Below, one piece after another: positions 63,293 through 64,000 of a DNA stretch of 64,000 nucleotides (position 1 is its first letter; the number at the start of each line of letters is the position of its first letter). The notes beneath the pieces were generated by a model that searched no databases, was not told the origin of the DNA, and saw only the letters and a list, made by a program, of their open reading frames with translations. The position numbers were made by a program, and so were the translations under genes. This DNA comes from Chiloscyllium plagiosum (taxonomy: Eukaryota), in contig NC_057710.1 in the NCBI RefSeq assembly GCF_004010195.1, positions 3,297,822 through 3,361,821 of the forward strand, given 5' to 3'.

Positions 63293-63376
63293 GAGGCTGA
63301 GAGAATTGCTCAAGAGTTAGTTAATGAAGAGGAGCAGGCTAAAAAGAAGGCTGAGAAACGAAGACTTAAGAAAAAA
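63293..63376 (+). CDS. TTC31: TTC31 exon (84 nt, coiled coil)
   Basis: EAERIAQELVNEEEQAKKKAEKRRLKKK, compare human [28 protein letters not shown]; ttttgcag acceptor, gtgagt donor. Confidence 0.92.
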
Positions 63377-63667
63377 GTGAGTGTCTGAGTGTGTTGGGTT
63401 ATGTTTACACAGGACTGCTATCTTGTTTCTGTGTCTATTTGTTTGCAGGACTCCTGTCTCAGATTAATTCTCACCTCAGATTCTTGTCCCATCGACCTGT
63501 GCCTGTGAAGAACACCCATTTTGTTTCAATGCCCTGTGTAATGTGCATATGTGGGGCTGTGGTCTAATTTCTGTATCTGATATGCCTGTGAATGTGCAGG
63601 ATTCTCATCTTGTTTCCATATGCCAGGTACCAGTGCTTATGCAGGATTCTGGTCTTGGATCCATGCG

Positions 63668-64000
63668 CCAGGTACCTGTGTTTAAATAGGATACCTGTCT
63701 GTGATCTCTGCCCCAGGTACCTGTGTTTATATGGGATACCTGTGTGTGATCTCTGCCCCAGGTACCTGTGTTTAAATGGGATACCTGTCTGTGATCTCTC
63801 CCCCAGGTACCTGTGTTTAAATGAGATACCTGTCAGTGATCTCTGCCCCAGGTACCTGTGTTTAAATAGGATACCTGTCTGTGATCTCTGCCCCAGGTAC
63901 CTGTGTTAAATAGGATACCTGTCTATGATCTCTGCCCCAGGTACCTATGTTAAATAGGATACCTGTCTGTGATCTCTACCCCAGGTACCTGTGTTTAAAT
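63668..64000. repeat. 45-bp tandem repeat, 7+ copies, open at the window end
   Basis: Unit caggtacctgtgtttaaataggatacctgtctgtgatctctgccc; degenerate copies from ~63590. Confidence 0.95.

Noticed and set aside
63592-63909. Cys-rich 105-aa ORF (RYLCLNRIPVCDLCP repeats)
   Set aside because: Translation of the 45-bp tandem repeat; broken by single-base deletions in later units.

Overview
Eukaryotic genomic DNA, most likely from a cartilaginous fish (inferred from HE1-type tRNA SINEs, abundant CR1 LINEs and Penelope-like elements), with four N gaps. Two spliced genes diverge from one CpG-island promoter at ~38.8-39.2 kb. On the minus strand is an ALMS1 orthologue: seven exons are recovered with GT-AG borders, they join in phase except across the gap at 8481-8980 (where exons are probably missing), and the gene runs off the left edge. 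On the plus strand is a TTC31 orthologue: five phase-compatible exons, running off the right edge. Introns are filled with CR1 fragments, SINEs, Penelope-like elements carrying minimal hammerhead ribozyme motifs, LTR-like repeats and three minisatellites (24, 45 and 49 bp). Two structures are most unusual. (1) A perfect 109-nt inverted copy at 28980-29088 matches its neighbour with a 104-nt GT..AG segment precisely removed; paired in the pre-mRNA it would loop out the 45-nt ALMS1 exon carrying a candidate start codon. (2) A 3.75-kb insert at 20970-24718 is bounded by inverted LTR-like repeats and splits a CR1 cleanly at CA^TG. Gene identities rest on motifs recalled from memory, not on a database search; repeat coordinates are approximate.
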